Positions 30,058-40,835 of a stretch of 64,000 nt of DNA are shown here, one piece after another. Every line of letters begins with the position of its first letter. The stretch's first letter is position 1. The stretch lies in contig JAVYPJ010000002.1 in assembly GCA_038733315.1 (NCBI GenBank), forward strand, positions 96,001 to 160,000, read 5' to 3'. Under the pieces are notes generated by a model, which saw nothing but the letters and a program-made list of their open reading frames with translations, searched no databases and was not told the DNA's origin. A program made the translations under genes and the position numbers. The DNA comes from Candidatus Aenigmatarchaeota archaeon (GTDB lineage Archaea; Aenigmatarchaeota; Aenigmatarchaeia; CG10238-14; SpSt-28).

Positions 30058-30543
30058 TTATATGTTATAGAAGCTATACTCTTTACTCTCTAAATTTAGT
30101 ATGCAAAAGCTAGGCTTTCCAAAATAACCTAAAATTTCTCCGGGATTAATAGCTAGGGTTTTACTCGATTCAATAACTTCTTTCTTATGAGAATGGCCGA
30201 AAAATACAAAATCGTATTTATTCGTTAGCGTAACAGCTTTTCCTACAAAATCGAAGTGAGTAATGAAAATTTTTTTGTTGTTTATTTTAACTTCTCCAAA
30301 ATAATTAAAGTATTTAGCATTTTTTGGCATATGTTTTATTAGAGATAATTTATCACCATCGTTATTTCCAAAGACTACAAAAAGTTTATTTACTTCTAGA
30401 TTTTTAAAAAGCTCTATTGAAAATGGAGAGCATATGTCTCCACAAAAGAATGCATAATCTATCTTTATTTTGTTTAAGAGCCTTATCAGCTTTAATATAT
30501 TTTCAGTATTGTCATGAGTATCGCTAAAAATAGCAACTTTCAT
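30058..30543 (-). CDS. YfcE/MJ0936-family metallophosphoesterase
   Basis: SDTHDN, CGD, GNND, GHSH, INPG. Confidence 0.9.
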   Translation of the reverse strand: MKVAIFSDTHDNTENILKLIRLLNKIKIDYAFFCGDICSPFSIELFKNLEVNKLFVVFGNNDGDKLSLIKHMPKNAKYFNYFGEVKINNKKIFITHFDFVGKAVTLTNKYDFVFFGHSHKKEVIESSKTLAINPGEILGYFGKPSFCILNLESKEYSFYNI

Positions 30544-31061
30544 GAAGAAGAGACAACAATTTTATAGCCCTTTGGTAACTTAGATGCAGCAATTCTGAGA
30601 GCCTCTTTACCTAAGTTCAAAAATTCTTTTTTTATTCTTAAAAGAATTATAGTCTCGCCTTTAAATAATTGAACTGCCCTACCTATTGGCCTACCGAAAG
30701 CGTTTCTCATACCTTGACTATATCTGTCAGCTCCAGCACCCATAGCTATCGGATGCTCCCTTAATATATGATGTGGATATTTAAGGATTTTAAGATAATA
30801 GTTTAGAGGGCCTATTCTTTTTTCTAGGTATTTATTACACAGAATTCTAGCCGATTCTAATGCGTTATCTCTTACTTGCACATCTTCCTTAGCTATTAAT
30901 TTTAATTCTATGTAATCTGTTATACTTTTATTTCCTCTTTCAAATTCTCTAACTTTTGTTGGTGGTGCGCCAGCAATGTAGTTTTTGTTTTTAACTTTAT
31001 ACGAAATCCTAGTATATGGTCTTTCTATTCTTCTAAAACACCTTCCTGGTCTTAGTGCCAT
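30540..31061 (-). CDS. rpl10e: 50S ribosomal protein uL16 (L10e)
   Basis: MALRPGRCFR, NALESAR, AGADRYSQGMRNAFGRP. Confidence 0.97.
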   Translation of the reverse strand: MALRPGRCFRRIERPYTRISYKVKNKNYIAGAPPTKVREFERGNKSITDYIELKLIAKEDVQVRDNALESARILCNKYLEKRIGPLNYYLKILKYPHHILREHPIAMGAGADRYSQGMRNAFGRPIGRAVQLFKGETIILLRIKKEFLNLGKEALRIAASKLPKGYKIVVSSS

Positions 31062-31168
31062 AATTTATTAGAACTTATATAATTTATAGTTTTTTGAGTT
31101 TTGGGCATAAACTCTCAATATTATATAAGAGTAAAAGTGATATATATTTTTTAAAACAATATTTTTTC

Positions 31169-31345
31169 ATGGCAGAGAAAAGATCTCTTGTGGTAAGAAG
31201 TGCAGTAAGAGAGGTTGTAAAGGACATGAGAATAAGCGATAGTTTTTTTGAAGCCTTAGATAAAGAGGTAGAGAGTTTAATAAAAAAAGCAATGCAAAGA
31301 GCAAAAGCTAATGGAAGATCAACATTAAGAGATAGCGATGTTTAA
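31169..31345 (+). CDS. short histone-fold protein (DUF1931 / face-to-face type, 58 aa)
   Basis: From ATG 31169: MAEKRSLVVRSAVREVVKDMRISDSFFEAL...RAKANGRSTLRDSDV; RxTxxxxD with truncated helix 3. Confidence 0.85.
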   Translation: MAEKRSLVVRSAVREVVKDMRISDSFFEALDKEVESLIKKAMQRAKANGRSTLRDSDV

Positions 31346-32520
31346 ATCCCAAACAATTTATCTATAAAACTCTTCCTTTCCTCTTCTTTTCCATATTTTT
31401 CCCAAAAATCTTTTATTTTTTCTTTTAATTTAATTTTTTCGATTTCGTCCTTTGTATTAGGAACGTTTGCAGAATTTCCTACTCCTACTATTATAGCTTT
31501 TTTATTAACATCTTCTAAACTTTCTTTTATTTTTTCTATAACGTTATTCACATTGTTAAGTATTTTTGGATTCATTATTTGAATGGCTTCTTCTGGGCTC
31601 ATCTTTACTAGTATTGCATCGAGTTTTATATCTTTTTTTGCTGCAACTTCCTCGATGTTAAATTTTTCTACACCAATTCCACCTATAGCAACTCCAACAC
31701 CATCTGATACGCTTCCTGATTCTTCTTCTTCTAACTTAGAAGCGGCGTCTATGGTAATAATCTTTTCAACGTTTTTTTCTTTTTTTAGCAACTCATTCAA
31801 GACTTTGTGAATTTTTCCTAATCTACCGCCAGGTCCCTTAGCTCTAACTAAAATAACGTCTTTACCGAAGAGTCTTTTTTTTACAACAATACATTCATAA
31901 ACTTCATTAATTTTATCCCCTCTTTCTATAAGATTAGAAATAACTAGTGGTCCTATGCCATCCCCTATAGGCAAGTTGTTTAATATAGTTTCAAAACCTT
32001 TTTCGTATGACCTGAATACTCTATCTATTATAGGCAGCTGAAACTGTATAAGTAAAGCAAGCTGGAGGTTTTTATATTTTCTGATAGTGCCTCTATAATG
32101 TTCTAAAACTTTTTTTATGTAATGTTTTACCATTAAGATTTGAAATAATAGCTTATAATTTTTTATTTTTTCCAAATCTTTTTCGTTAGAAATTTTTTCT
32201 ATATGCTTTTCTATTTTTTCATCGCTTTGCTCTATTATAAAATCTAATTTATTAACTATGCCATATGGATCTAAACTCGTTGGCTCTATTACAGAGAAAT
32301 CTAGTTTTTCAAAGATTTTGTTAGCTGGCATTTTCGGATTTATTAATCTTAAAAATTTTCTTTTTGAGTTTTCTATTGAAATATAATATTTTTCGATTGC
32401 AGAGTTAAGAAAATATAGCGATTGAGCTATTACTATCTTTGGATAAAATATGGACATAACAATAATAAGTAGCATAAACAAAATCCAATAAATATCTATT
32501 GCTAAAACGCCAATTATCAT
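31342..32520 (-). CDS. DUF1512 family protein
   Basis: N-terminal TM; PIGDGIGPLV, IITIDAASKLE, GVAIGGIGVEKF, GVGNS. Confidence 0.8.
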   Translation of the reverse strand: MIIGVLAIDIYWILFMLLIIVMSIFYPKIVIAQSLYFLNSAIEKYYISIENSKRKFLRLINPKMPANKIFEKLDFSVIEPTSLDPYGIVNKLDFIIEQSDEKIEKHIEKISNEKDLEKIKNYKLLFQILMVKHYIKKVLEHYRGTIRKYKNLQLALLIQFQLPIIDRVFRSYEKGFETILNNLPIGDGIGPLVISNLIERGDKINEVYECIVVKKRLFGKDVILVRAKGPGGRLGKIHKVLNELLKKEKNVEKIITIDAASKLEEEESGSVSDGVGVAIGGIGVEKFNIEEVAAKKDIKLDAILVKMSPEEAIQIMNPKILNNVNNVIEKIKESLEDVNKKAIIVGVGNSANVPNTKDEIEKIKLKEKIKDFWEKYGKEEERKSFIDKLFGI

Positions 32521-32556
32521 ACATATTTTTATACTTTAAAGATTTATAAATACTTT

Positions 32557-33210
32557 ATGAAGGGATTTATAAAGCAGTTCGTACTTTTATTTGGCATAGT
32601 GCTAATAACATATTTATTATTATTTTCTAAAAATCCCGTTTCTAACTATTTTCAAAGCTCTTTTAGCGGTTTATTTTCTCTTATTTTTCCTAAGGAAGAA
32701 AAGACAATTTTCTTTGAAATTCAGCTAGAAAGTAATTCACAGCTTGAAATTAAAGGAATTTTCGATGTAGATATACATGGCACAATTAAAGAATTTAACA
32801 TAGAGAAAATCTCTATGCAAAAAGAGTCTAAAAACATTTCTATGACAAGTTTGAAATGTGTAGATAGTTGCTTTCTCAAAAAATACGAAGAAACTTCTGA
32901 ATTTTCTGGAAAACTTTCTGTTTTAAACTTAGATGATATTAAATTTTCTGGCTTAGAAAATTCTAACGTAAAGCTTCAGATGGAAAAAACAAAAGAAATA
33001 AAAATATTCCCGACTTCAAAATCCTTAGAAATTTGTTTATCAAACGCAAAGATAACTATTTCTTACGGAACTCATAAAGTTGAGCAAACAATTTATAGCG
33101 ATTGTGTATATTTAGATGGGATAAGCAAAGTTATATTTAATATAACTTTGGATAAGAGCATAATAAGCGGATACGTTAGTAGTTTTAAGTCAACATTCCT
33201 TAATATTTAA
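32557..33210 (+). CDS. secreted/membrane-anchored hypothetical protein
   Basis: N-terminal hydrophobic segment, beta-rich body. Confidence 0.6.
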   Translation: MKGFIKQFVLLFGIVLITYLLLFSKNPVSNYFQSSFSGLFSLIFPKEEKTIFFEIQLESNSQLEIKGIFDVDIHGTIKEFNIEKISMQKESKNISMTSLKCVDSCFLKKYEETSEFSGKLSVLNLDDIKFSGLENSNVKLQMEKTKEIKIFPTSKSLEICLSNAKITISYGTHKVEQTIYSDCVYLDGISKVIFNITLDKSIISGYVSSFKSTFLNI

Positions 33211-33212
33211 AT

Positions 33213-33512
33213 ATGGAAGAGAAAAAAACAGATGAAGATATTCTAGAACTTCCTGAAAAAACAGAAGAGAAAAAGGATGTGATAAAAGTGGAAAAAGTCA
33301 TAGATATAAGAGATGTGGAAAGGGTAGTAAAAAAAGTTTTACAAAAAAGAATAGTTATAGCAAGTTTAAAAGAAATTAAAAATATATCGGATTATCAAAA
33401 CGTAATTAAAGAGTTTAAAAGATTTTCCAATCTTTATAAACTAAACTCTCTTTTGATAGATGAAAACCACCTTTTAATGACATCTAAGGATGTAATAATA
33501 GAAAAACTTTAA
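33213..33512 (+). CDS. divergent SepF-like paralog
   Basis: Pattern parallels 1069..1413 (IKVEKV.DIRDVERV, IVIASLKEIK, IDENHLLMTSKDVIIEK). Confidence 0.6.
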   Translation: MEEKKTDEDILELPEKTEEKKDVIKVEKVIDIRDVERVVKKVLQKRIVIASLKEIKNISDYQNVIKEFKRFSNLYKLNSLLIDENHLLMTSKDVIIEKL

Positions 33513-33563
33513 GTTTTTTTATAAAACTTTTAAAAATTTAAATATTATTGTAACTATTATTTA

Positions 33564-34937
33564 ATGGTAAATATAAAGGTGGAAATGGCGTTAGAAAAAG
33601 AGTATCCATTAATAGAAATTATAGCCGATGAAAGGTTTGGGAAAGATTTTTTAAAGGGATTTAATTTTAAAATAGTTGAGGAGGAAAAGGGAAAACAAAT
33701 AATATATGTTAGCTTATTGAAAAACGAAATGAAATTAGCTAGCAAAATAATAGAAATAATAAATTTTCTAAAAATAGATAAGGTTTGCATAGATGTTTCA
33801 ATACTAAGCACTAATATAAAAAAAGAAAATTTCGTAGAAAGTCTATACTTATCTTCTTATGAATTTACAACATATAAAACAAAGAAGGATGAAAGAAAGG
33901 TGATAATAAAAGTTTATGGGATTGATAGAGTAGCACTTTCAAAAACAAAAATACTTTCTAAGGCAGTTTATATTGCTAGAGATTTGGGTAATGAACCATC
34001 TAACAAATTATATCCGCAGGCTTTTGTAGAAAGAGTTTACGAAATATTTGAAGATAGTCCAGATATTTATATAGAGTCTTTAAATGAAATCGATTTAGAA
34101 AGAGAAAAATTAGAAGGTATTTTATCTGTAGGAAATTCTTCTAAGAACAAACCTAGACTATTAATTCTGAAATATTTTAGAGCAGAGGATAGGAATCAAA
34201 AACCTATTCTATTGGTTGGTAAGGGCATATGCTTTGATGCTGGCGGAATTAATGTAAAACCTGCTGAATATATGGTTGATATGTATGCAGATAAAAGTGG
34301 TGCTGCGGTGGTTGTTGGAATATTATATGCAGTTTCAAAATTGGGCTTACCAATAAATATTGTTGCAACCATACCTTTAGCAGAAAATGTTATTAGCGAA
34401 AGCTCTATTAAACAGAGCGATATAATAAGGATAGGGGATAAAAATGTAGAAATAGTTCATACAGACGCAGAAGGTAGATTATTAATAGCCGATGCTATTC
34501 AGTATGGGATAAAGAAATTTAATCCAATATTAATAATCGATATAGCGACTTTAACTGGTGCTCAAATAGTTGCTTTGGGCTATAAAATAGCAGCTTTATT
34601 TTCTAACGATACCGAAATGTCTAAGAAAATGTTTGAGGTTAGTAAGAGAAAAAGAGAATATGTTTGGAAAATGCCAATTCCGAATTTTTATAGAGAATTG
34701 ATTAAGAGTGAAAGAGCTGATATAGTTAACATTAAATCACCATCTTCTAGAGATGCTGGTAGCATTGTTGGCGCATTATTTATTAAAGAGTTCGTAAAAG
34801 ATAAAAAATGGATTCATTTAGACGTTGCAGGACCAGCAATCTCTCCAAAAAAGGATGGATGGATTAATAAAGGATCTACAGGTTTTGGAGTAAGATTAAT
34901 TACAGAATTTTTATTAGAGATTTCAAAATCGATTTAA
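33564..34937 (+). CDS. pepA: leucyl aminopeptidase (M17)
   Basis: VGKGICFDAGG, DKSGAA, HTDAEGRL, IATLTGA, HLDVAG. Confidence 0.95.
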   Translation: MVNIKVEMALEKEYPLIEIIADERFGKDFLKGFNFKIVEEEKGKQIIYVSLLKNEMKLASKIIEIINFLKIDKVCIDVSILSTNIKKENFVESLYLSSYEFTTYKTKKDERKVIIKVYGIDRVALSKTKILSKAVYIARDLGNEPSNKLYPQAFVERVYEIFEDSPDIYIESLNEIDLEREKLEGILSVGNSSKNKPRLLILKYFRAEDRNQKPILLVGKGICFDAGGINVKPAEYMVDMYADKSGAAVVVGILYAVSKLGLPINIVATIPLAENVISESSIKQSDIIRIGDKNVEIVHTDAEGRLLIADAIQYGIKKFNPILIIDIATLTGAQIVALGYKIAALFSNDTEMSKKMFEVSKRKREYVWKMPIPNFYRELIKSERADIVNIKSPSSRDAGSIVGALFIKEFVKDKKWIHLDVAGPAISPKKDGWINKGSTGFGVRLITEFLLEISKSI

Positions 34938-34960
34938 ATAAACTCATAGAACAATTTCTT

Positions 34961-36790
34961 ATGGAGCAAGATGTATTAAAGCAAATAGAGATGGCTGAAA
35001 AGATTTGCTTAGATACATCTATAGTTATTGATAAGTTTTTGAGTAAGAATCTTGATAAATTTAAAAATTTGAAAAAAATAATAATTCCAATTCCAACCCT
35101 AGACGAACTGCAAAACCAAGCTTCTAAGGGTAGAAAAGAGGGTTTTATAGGACTAAACGAAATTAAAGAAATTAGAGAAAAAGTCTTGGATAAAAAAATT
35201 TCTATAGAATTTTCTGGAGAAAGACCAAGCTTAGAGGATATTAAATTGGCTAGAAGCGGAAGAATAGATAGTTTAATAAGGGAAATTGCGAAAAAAGAGG
35301 ATGCGTACTTATTAACTGCAGATTTTGTTCAGAGCTTAGTTGCTGAGGCAGAAGGAGTAAAAGTAATATATATAGCACCTCAAATATTTGTAAAAGAAAA
35401 ATTAAAGTTCGAAGAATTTTTTGATAATGAAACTTTAAGCATACATCTAAAAGAAAAAGTAATACCTTTTGCTAAAAGAGGCAAACCAGGAAATTGGAAA
35501 TTAGTAAAATTAGCAGAAAATCCTTTATCTAAGGAAGAAATTGAGGAAATTATTAGAGAAATAGTTGAGTTCGCTAGAAGAGATGAAAACTCATATTTCG
35601 AAATAGTTAGAGAGGGTAGCATGGTAATACAAATGAAAAATTATAGAATTGCTATAGCTATGCCGCCCTTTTCAGATGGATATGAAGTTACAGTAGTTAG
35701 GCCAATAGTAAAATTAAGGTTAGAAGATTATAAACCAACTAAAAGATTATTAGAAAGGTTAGAAAAAAAGGCAGAGGGTATAATAATTTGTGGGCCTCCT
35801 GGATCTGGTAAATCTACTTTTTGCAGCTCTTTAATAGAGTTTTATCTTAATATGGGAAAAATAGTTAAAACCTTAGAAAGTCCAAGAGATTTGCAAGTTC
35901 CTGAAGAAGTTACTCAATATGGTCCGTTAGAGAATTCTTTTGAAAAAACAGCAGATATATTGTTATTAGTTAGGCCAGATTATGTTGCTTTTGATGAAAT
36001 AAGAAAAACAAAGGATTTCGAAATTTTTGCAGATTTAAGGTTAGCTGGAATTGGAATGATTGGAGTAGTGCATGCAAGCGAAGCTATAGATGCTATTCAA
36101 AGATTTTTAAGCAGATATGAATTAGGAATGCTACCGCATATAGTTGATACAATAATTTTTATAAAAGATGGAGAGATTAAAAAAATTTTAACCTTAGAAA
36201 TAAAAGTTAAAGTTCCTACAGGAATGACTGAAGAAGATTTAGCTAGGCCTGTTGTTGAAGTAAGGGATTTTGAAAGCGGTAAGCTTGAATATGAAATTTA
36301 TACTTTTGGAGAAGAGAATGTTGTAGTTCCTATAAAAGAAGAAAAGAAAAGTGCAATCTACGAATTAGCAAAACAAAAAATTATGGATGTTATTAGGAAG
36401 TTTGATGAAAGGGCAGAGATAGAGTTTATAAGCGAAAACAGAGTTTTAATAAGGGTAGATAATGAAAATCTGCCAAAGATTATTGGAAAAGAAGGCAGTA
36501 GGATTAAAAAAATTGAAGAAATGTTAGGAATTTCCATAGATGTAGAACCAAAAATCCCTTCACTAGGAAAGAAAGTAGATTTCTTAATATCTGAAAGCGG
36601 AAATTCTCTTATATTCAGATTTTTGCAAAAACTATCTGGAAAAAATGTAAAGTTTTATGTAAATGATAAGTTTTTGTTCTCGGCAAATGTTGGCAAAGAT
36701 AATACAATAAGATTAAATAAGAATAATGAGTTTGGTGAAATGTTAATGAAAGCTATTATTAAGAAGGAAAAAATAGAAGCCTTTGTTTAA
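34961..36790 (+). CDS. PINA-type ATPase (PIN + P-loop + KH)
   Basis: LDTSIVID PIN domain, GPPGSGKST, ESPRDLQ, VRPDY..FDEIR, IIGKEG KH loop. Confidence 0.92.
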   Translation: MEQDVLKQIEMAEKICLDTSIVIDKFLSKNLDKFKNLKKIIIPIPTLDELQNQASKGRKEGFIGLNEIKEIREKVLDKKISIEFSGERPSLEDIKLARSGRIDSLIREIAKKEDAYLLTADFVQSLVAEAEGVKVIYIAPQIFVKEKLKFEEFFDNETLSIHLKEKVIPFAKRGKPGNWKLVKLAENPLSKEEIEEIIREIVEFARRDENSYFEIVREGSMVIQMKNYRIAIAMPPFSDGYEVTVVRPIVKLRLEDYKPTKRLLERLEKKAEGIIICGPPGSGKSTFCSSLIEFYLNMGKIVKTLESPRDLQVPEEVTQYGPLENSFEKTADILLLVRPDYVAFDEIRKTKDFEIFADLRLAGIGMIGVVHASEAIDAIQRFLSRYELGMLPHIVDTIIFIKDGEIKKILTLEIKVKVPTGMTEEDLARPVVEVRDFESGKLEYEIYTFGEENVVVPIKEEKKSAIYELAKQKIMDVIRKFDERAEIEFISENRVLIRVDNENLPKIIGKEGSRIKKIEEMLGISIDVEPKIPSLGKKVDFLISESGNSLIFRFLQKLSGKNVKFYVNDKFLFSANVGKDNTIRLNKNNEFGEMLMKAIIKKEKIEAFV

Positions 36791-36796
36791 AAGTTT

Positions 36797-38038
36797 TTAA
36801 ATATAACCTCTAATTTTTGCCGATTTGTAAAGCCTCTCCATAGCAATAGATATTGCAGCTTCTCTAAGATTATTTAAATTTTCCTCTTCAAATTTTTTAT
36901 AAACATTTTCGAACGAATTTTTTAAAATTTTCTCCAACTCTTTTTTATTTTTTTCTTCATCCCAAATATACCAGCTTATGTTTTGAATCCATTCTAAGTA
37001 AGAAGCAATTACTCCGCCTGAGTTTGCTAATATATCTGGCACTATAGTAATACCTTTTTTACTTAATTCTAATTCAGCTTCTTGCTGTGTTGGATTATTC
37101 GCACCTTCAACTATTATTTTTGCATTTATTCTGTTAAAGTTTTTATCCGTAATTATATTTTCTATTGAAGCTGGTATAAGTATATCGCAATTTACATACA
37201 GCGAAAAATTGGTATCTTCGATTTTCTTTGCGTTTTTATACTCTATAATTTTTCCACATTTTTCTTTTATCTTAATAATTTCATTTATTTTTAAACCGTT
37301 TTCATCATAAATAGTTCCAGAACTATCAGAAATAGAAACAATCTTTGCACCAAATCTTTCTAGCCAATACGCAGCCCATTTACCAACGTTACCAAAGCCA
37401 TGAATGGAAATAGCTTTATTTTCAATTCCATCGAGCAATTTTTCTGAAATTAGTTTAGAGATAAAGGCAACTCCATAGCCTGTCGAATACTCTCTTATTG
37501 GATTTCCAAAAAGATCCATAGGTTTAGAAGTAAACGCAGCAAAAGTGTTATAACCTTCGATTTTACTTAACTCATCTACCATCCAGGCCATTATTTGTGA
37601 GTTTGTTCCTAAGTCTGGTGCAGGTATATCTATCTCATTTCCAATAATTAATCGAATAGCTCTAACATATTCTCTGCTTAATTTTTCTAGTTCTTCTGAA
37701 TTTAACTCCTTTGGATTAACCTTTATAGCTCCCTTAGCACCTCCATAAGGTAAGTTAGCTAGGCTATTTTTTAATGTCATTATCATTGCAAGAGCAATAT
37801 CATCCTCTAGAGTTACATTTTCGTAAAATCTTATGCCTCCTTTATATGGCCCTAAAAAATTGTTGTGTTGCACTCTATAAGCTTCAAAAATTTTTAACCC
37901 TTTAGAAGTTTTAATCGGTAAGTGAGTTATTAAAACTCTTTGAGGTTTAATTATTAATTCTTCGAATTCTTTCGGATAGTTGTTTAATTCTATCCCTCTT
38001 CTATATATTTTTACTACGTTATTTAACATAGAACTCAT
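36797..38038 (-). CDS. gdhA: glutamate dehydrogenase
   Basis: GPYKGGIRF, GGAKG, DIPAPD, GFGNVG, EGANNP, PDILANSGGV. Confidence 0.95.
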   Translation of the reverse strand: MSSMLNNVVKIYRRGIELNNYPKEFEELIIKPQRVLITHLPIKTSKGLKIFEAYRVQHNNFLGPYKGGIRFYENVTLEDDIALAMIMTLKNSLANLPYGGAKGAIKVNPKELNSEELEKLSREYVRAIRLIIGNEIDIPAPDLGTNSQIMAWMVDELSKIEGYNTFAAFTSKPMDLFGNPIREYSTGYGVAFISKLISEKLLDGIENKAISIHGFGNVGKWAAYWLERFGAKIVSISDSSGTIYDENGLKINEIIKIKEKCGKIIEYKNAKKIEDTNFSLYVNCDILIPASIENIITDKNFNRINAKIIVEGANNPTQQEAELELSKKGITIVPDILANSGGVIASYLEWIQNISWYIWDEEKNKKELEKILKNSFENVYKKFEEENLNNLREAAISIAMERLYKSAKIRGYI

Positions 38039-38282
38039 AATATTTCTTCTCTTTAAATAAATCTTTAATAAGTTTCGAGATCAGAATTTCAACAGTTTTT
38101 TACTAGGGTTTCCAAAATAACCTTATGAATATTAATAAACCAATCTTTCACATAACGTTTAATTTATAATCTCTTTGTGTGTTTACTCATAAAAAATTCG
38201 AATTTCACTCTCTGGATTTTCTTATGATTCAATTTTTATAGTAAACATAGAATTCATAAAAGATAGTATCAAAAATTATTTT

Positions 38283-40817
38283 ATGGATTTGCCTAAAAAA
38301 GTTATAAAAAGGGAAAACTATTCGCAAGATTTTAAAACAGAAAAGATTGAAAATGCAATCAAAAGGGCTTTAATTGCGAGCAATAAATTTGATGAAAATT
38401 TATTAAAAAATTTAACAAATCAAGCATTAAATAAAATATCTCAAAAATTTAAAGATAAATATCCGCATGTAGAAGAAATTCAAGATATTATAGAGCAAGT
38501 CTTAATAGAAAATAATCTATACGAAACTTCTAAGGCCTTTATTTTATATAGAAAAGAAAGAGAAAAAATAAGAGAAGAAAAGAAAAAAATACTAAATAAA
38601 GAATTCTTAGATGAAATCGATAAAAGGTTTTCTGTTAATGCATTAAGAGTTCTTTCATCTAGATATTTATTAAGGGATGAAAATGGTAAAATTATAGAAT
38701 CGCCAAAGCAATTATTTGAAAGGGTTGCTGCATTAGTTGTAATATCGGACATACTTTATGATGAAAAAATTTTCGATAAAGATGGCAAACAAAAAATTCA
38801 TGAATATGAAGAGTTCGATGTTAAAAATTTCGAAGGAAAGATATCCCTAGCAAAAAAAGTTTTTTGGAATAAATATCATTTAGAAAGAATGAAGGCTTTA
38901 TACGATGAATTAAATTCTCAGCAAAAAATGAAAGTTCGTTGGAGTGAGTTTTTAAAAATGCTAGAAAATGGAGAATTTGATAAATATTACGAAAATTTTT
39001 TAGAGTATTTTAATCTAATGGCATATAAAAAATTTTTTCCAAACTCTCCTACACTATTTAATGCAGCAACAAAATTGGGAATGTTAAGTGCATGTTTTGT
39101 TTTAGATGTTGAGGATAGTATAGAAAGTATAATGGATCTTTCAAAAAACATAGGTATAATATTTAAAGCTGGTGGTGGTGTTGGGGTGAATTATTCTAAA
39201 ATAAGACCAGAGGGCGATATTATAAGAAGTACCTTTGGTATTGCTAGTGGCCCAATTTCTTTTATGAGACTTATAGATAATTTAACTAATATAATTAAAA
39301 GTGGTGGAAAAAGAAGAGGGGCAAATATGGGAATATTAGAAATATGGCATCCAGACATAGAGAAATTTATTTCCTCAAAGAATAATGAAGGTTTTTTAGA
39401 AAATTTTAACATTTCTGTTTTAATTAATGAAAGGTTTATTAAAGCTTTTGAAAATAATGAAGAATTTGAGTTAATTAATCCTAGAGACGGAAAGGTTTGG
39501 AAAAGGATTAATGCAAGGGATTTGTTTATGGAAATTGCAAAAAATGCATGGAATTCTGCAGAGCCTGGAGTACTTTTTTTAGAAAATATTAATAAGTATA
39601 ACGTAATGAAAGAATCTTATGGATTAATCAAAGCAACAAATCCTTGTGGAGAGGTTCCACAATATCCTTATGAAAGCTGCAACTTAGGTTCAATAAATTT
39701 ATACGCATTTATTAAAAGAGAAAATGATAAAACTTATTTTGATTGGAATGAATTTATTCAAACAATTAAAATTGCAACTAGATTTTTAGATAATGTTATT
39801 GATGTAAACAACTTTCCTTTAAAAGAAATTGGAGAAAAAACAAAAAAGCTGAGAAGAATTGGCTTAGGAATAATGGGGTTAGCTGAAACTTTGTTTGCAC
39901 TAAAAATTAGATATAATAGCGAAGAGGGTTTTGAGTTTATGAGAAAAATTGGAGAAACCTTAGCTTATTACGCTACTTTAACTTCAATTGAATTAGCAGA
40001 AAAAAGAGGAAGTTATCCAGAATTTGAAAAAAGCTTACATTCTAAAGGATTCCTAGGATTTAGAGGTGTATATGAATTAGAAAAAACATATTATGATTGG
40101 AATGAAATAAAAGAAAAAGTAAAAAGCGGAATTAGAAATGTTGCGGTAATTAGTATTGCTCCTACTGGCACTATTTCTATGATTGCGGACACTTCAGCTG
40201 GTATTGAGCCACAATTTTCTTTAGTTTTTGAAAAGGAAGTTAGCATAGGAAAATTTTATTACATTGATTACGAATTAGAAATGCAATTAAAAGAGAGAGG
40301 ATTATATAAAGAGGAAATAATTAAAAAAATTTCGGAAAGTGGAAGCATTCAAAGTATTGAAGAAATTCCGAATGATATGAAAGAATACTTTGTTATTGCT
40401 TACGAAATTCCTTGGCAAGATCACTTAAGAGCTCAATACGAATTTAGTTTTTGGGTTGATAATGGAATAAGTAAAACTATAAATATGCCTTTCGAAACTT
40501 CTTGGAAAGATGTTTTAAACGCTTTTTATTCTGCTTATAAGCTGGGATTAAAAGGGGTAACAATATTTAGAGAGGGTTCAAGAATCCCTGTTTATAAGTT
40601 TATGCATTCAATCAAAAAAATTTTTTATAATGAAAAAACATTAGAAATGCTAAAATCGTTTAGTGTAGAAGTAAAATCATTAGAAGAAAAAGATTTTTCG
40701 AAAAAAATTGAAAACAAAATTTTTAGATGCCCAAATTGTGGGAGTAATCTAATTGTTTTTAGAGAAAATTGCTTAAATTGCCTAGAGTGTAGTTGGAATA
40801 CATGCTTGTTGGGATAA
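38283..40817 (+). CDS. nrdJ: class II (B12-dependent) ribonucleotide reductase with ATP cone
   Basis: ATP cone [35 protein letters not shown]-terminal CPNC..CLEC. Confidence 0.95.
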   Translation: MDLPKKVIKRENYSQDFKTEKIENAIKRALIASNKFDENLLKNLTNQALNKISQKFKDKYPHVEEIQDIIEQVLIENNLYETSKAFILYRKEREKIREEKKKILNKEFLDEIDKRFSVNALRVLSSRYLLRDENGKIIESPKQLFERVAALVVISDILYDEKIFDKDGKQKIHEYEEFDVKNFEGKISLAKKVFWNKYHLERMKALYDELNSQQKMKVRWSEFLKMLENGEFDKYYENFLEYFNLMAYKKFFPNSPTLFNAATKLGMLSACFVLDVEDSIESIMDLSKNIGIIFKAGGGVGVNYSKIRPEGDIIRSTFGIASGPISFMRLIDNLTNIIKSGGKRRGANMGILEIWHPDIEKFISSKNNEGFLENFNISVLINERFIKAFENNEEFELINPRDGKVWKRINARDLFMEIAKNAWNSAEPGVLFLENINKYNVMKESYGLIKATNPCGEVPQYPYESCNLGSINLYAFIKRENDKTYFDWNEFIQTIKIATRFLDNVIDVNNFPLKEIGEKTKKLRRIGLGIMGLAETLFALKIRYNSEEGFEFMRKIGETLAYYATLTSIELAEKRGSYPEFEKSLHSKGFLGFRGVYELEKTYYDWNEIKEKVKSGIRNVAVISIAPTGTISMIADTSAGIEPQFSLVFEKEVSIGKFYYIDYELEMQLKERGLYKEEIIKKISESGSIQSIEEIPNDMKEYFVIAYEIPWQDHLRAQYEFSFWVDNGISKTINMPFETSWKDVLNAFYSAYKLGLKGVTIFREGSRIPVYKFMHSIKKIFYNEKTLEMLKSFSVEVKSLEEKDFSKKIENKIFRCPNCGSNLIVFRENCLNCLECSWNTCLLG

Positions 40818-40835
40818 AAAGTAAAAGGTCTAGTA

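Noticed and set aside
38039..38282. Cobalamin riboswitch or ncRNA upstream of nrdJ
   Set aside because: Very AT-rich, no stable stems or B12-box recognised; consistent with divergent promoters.
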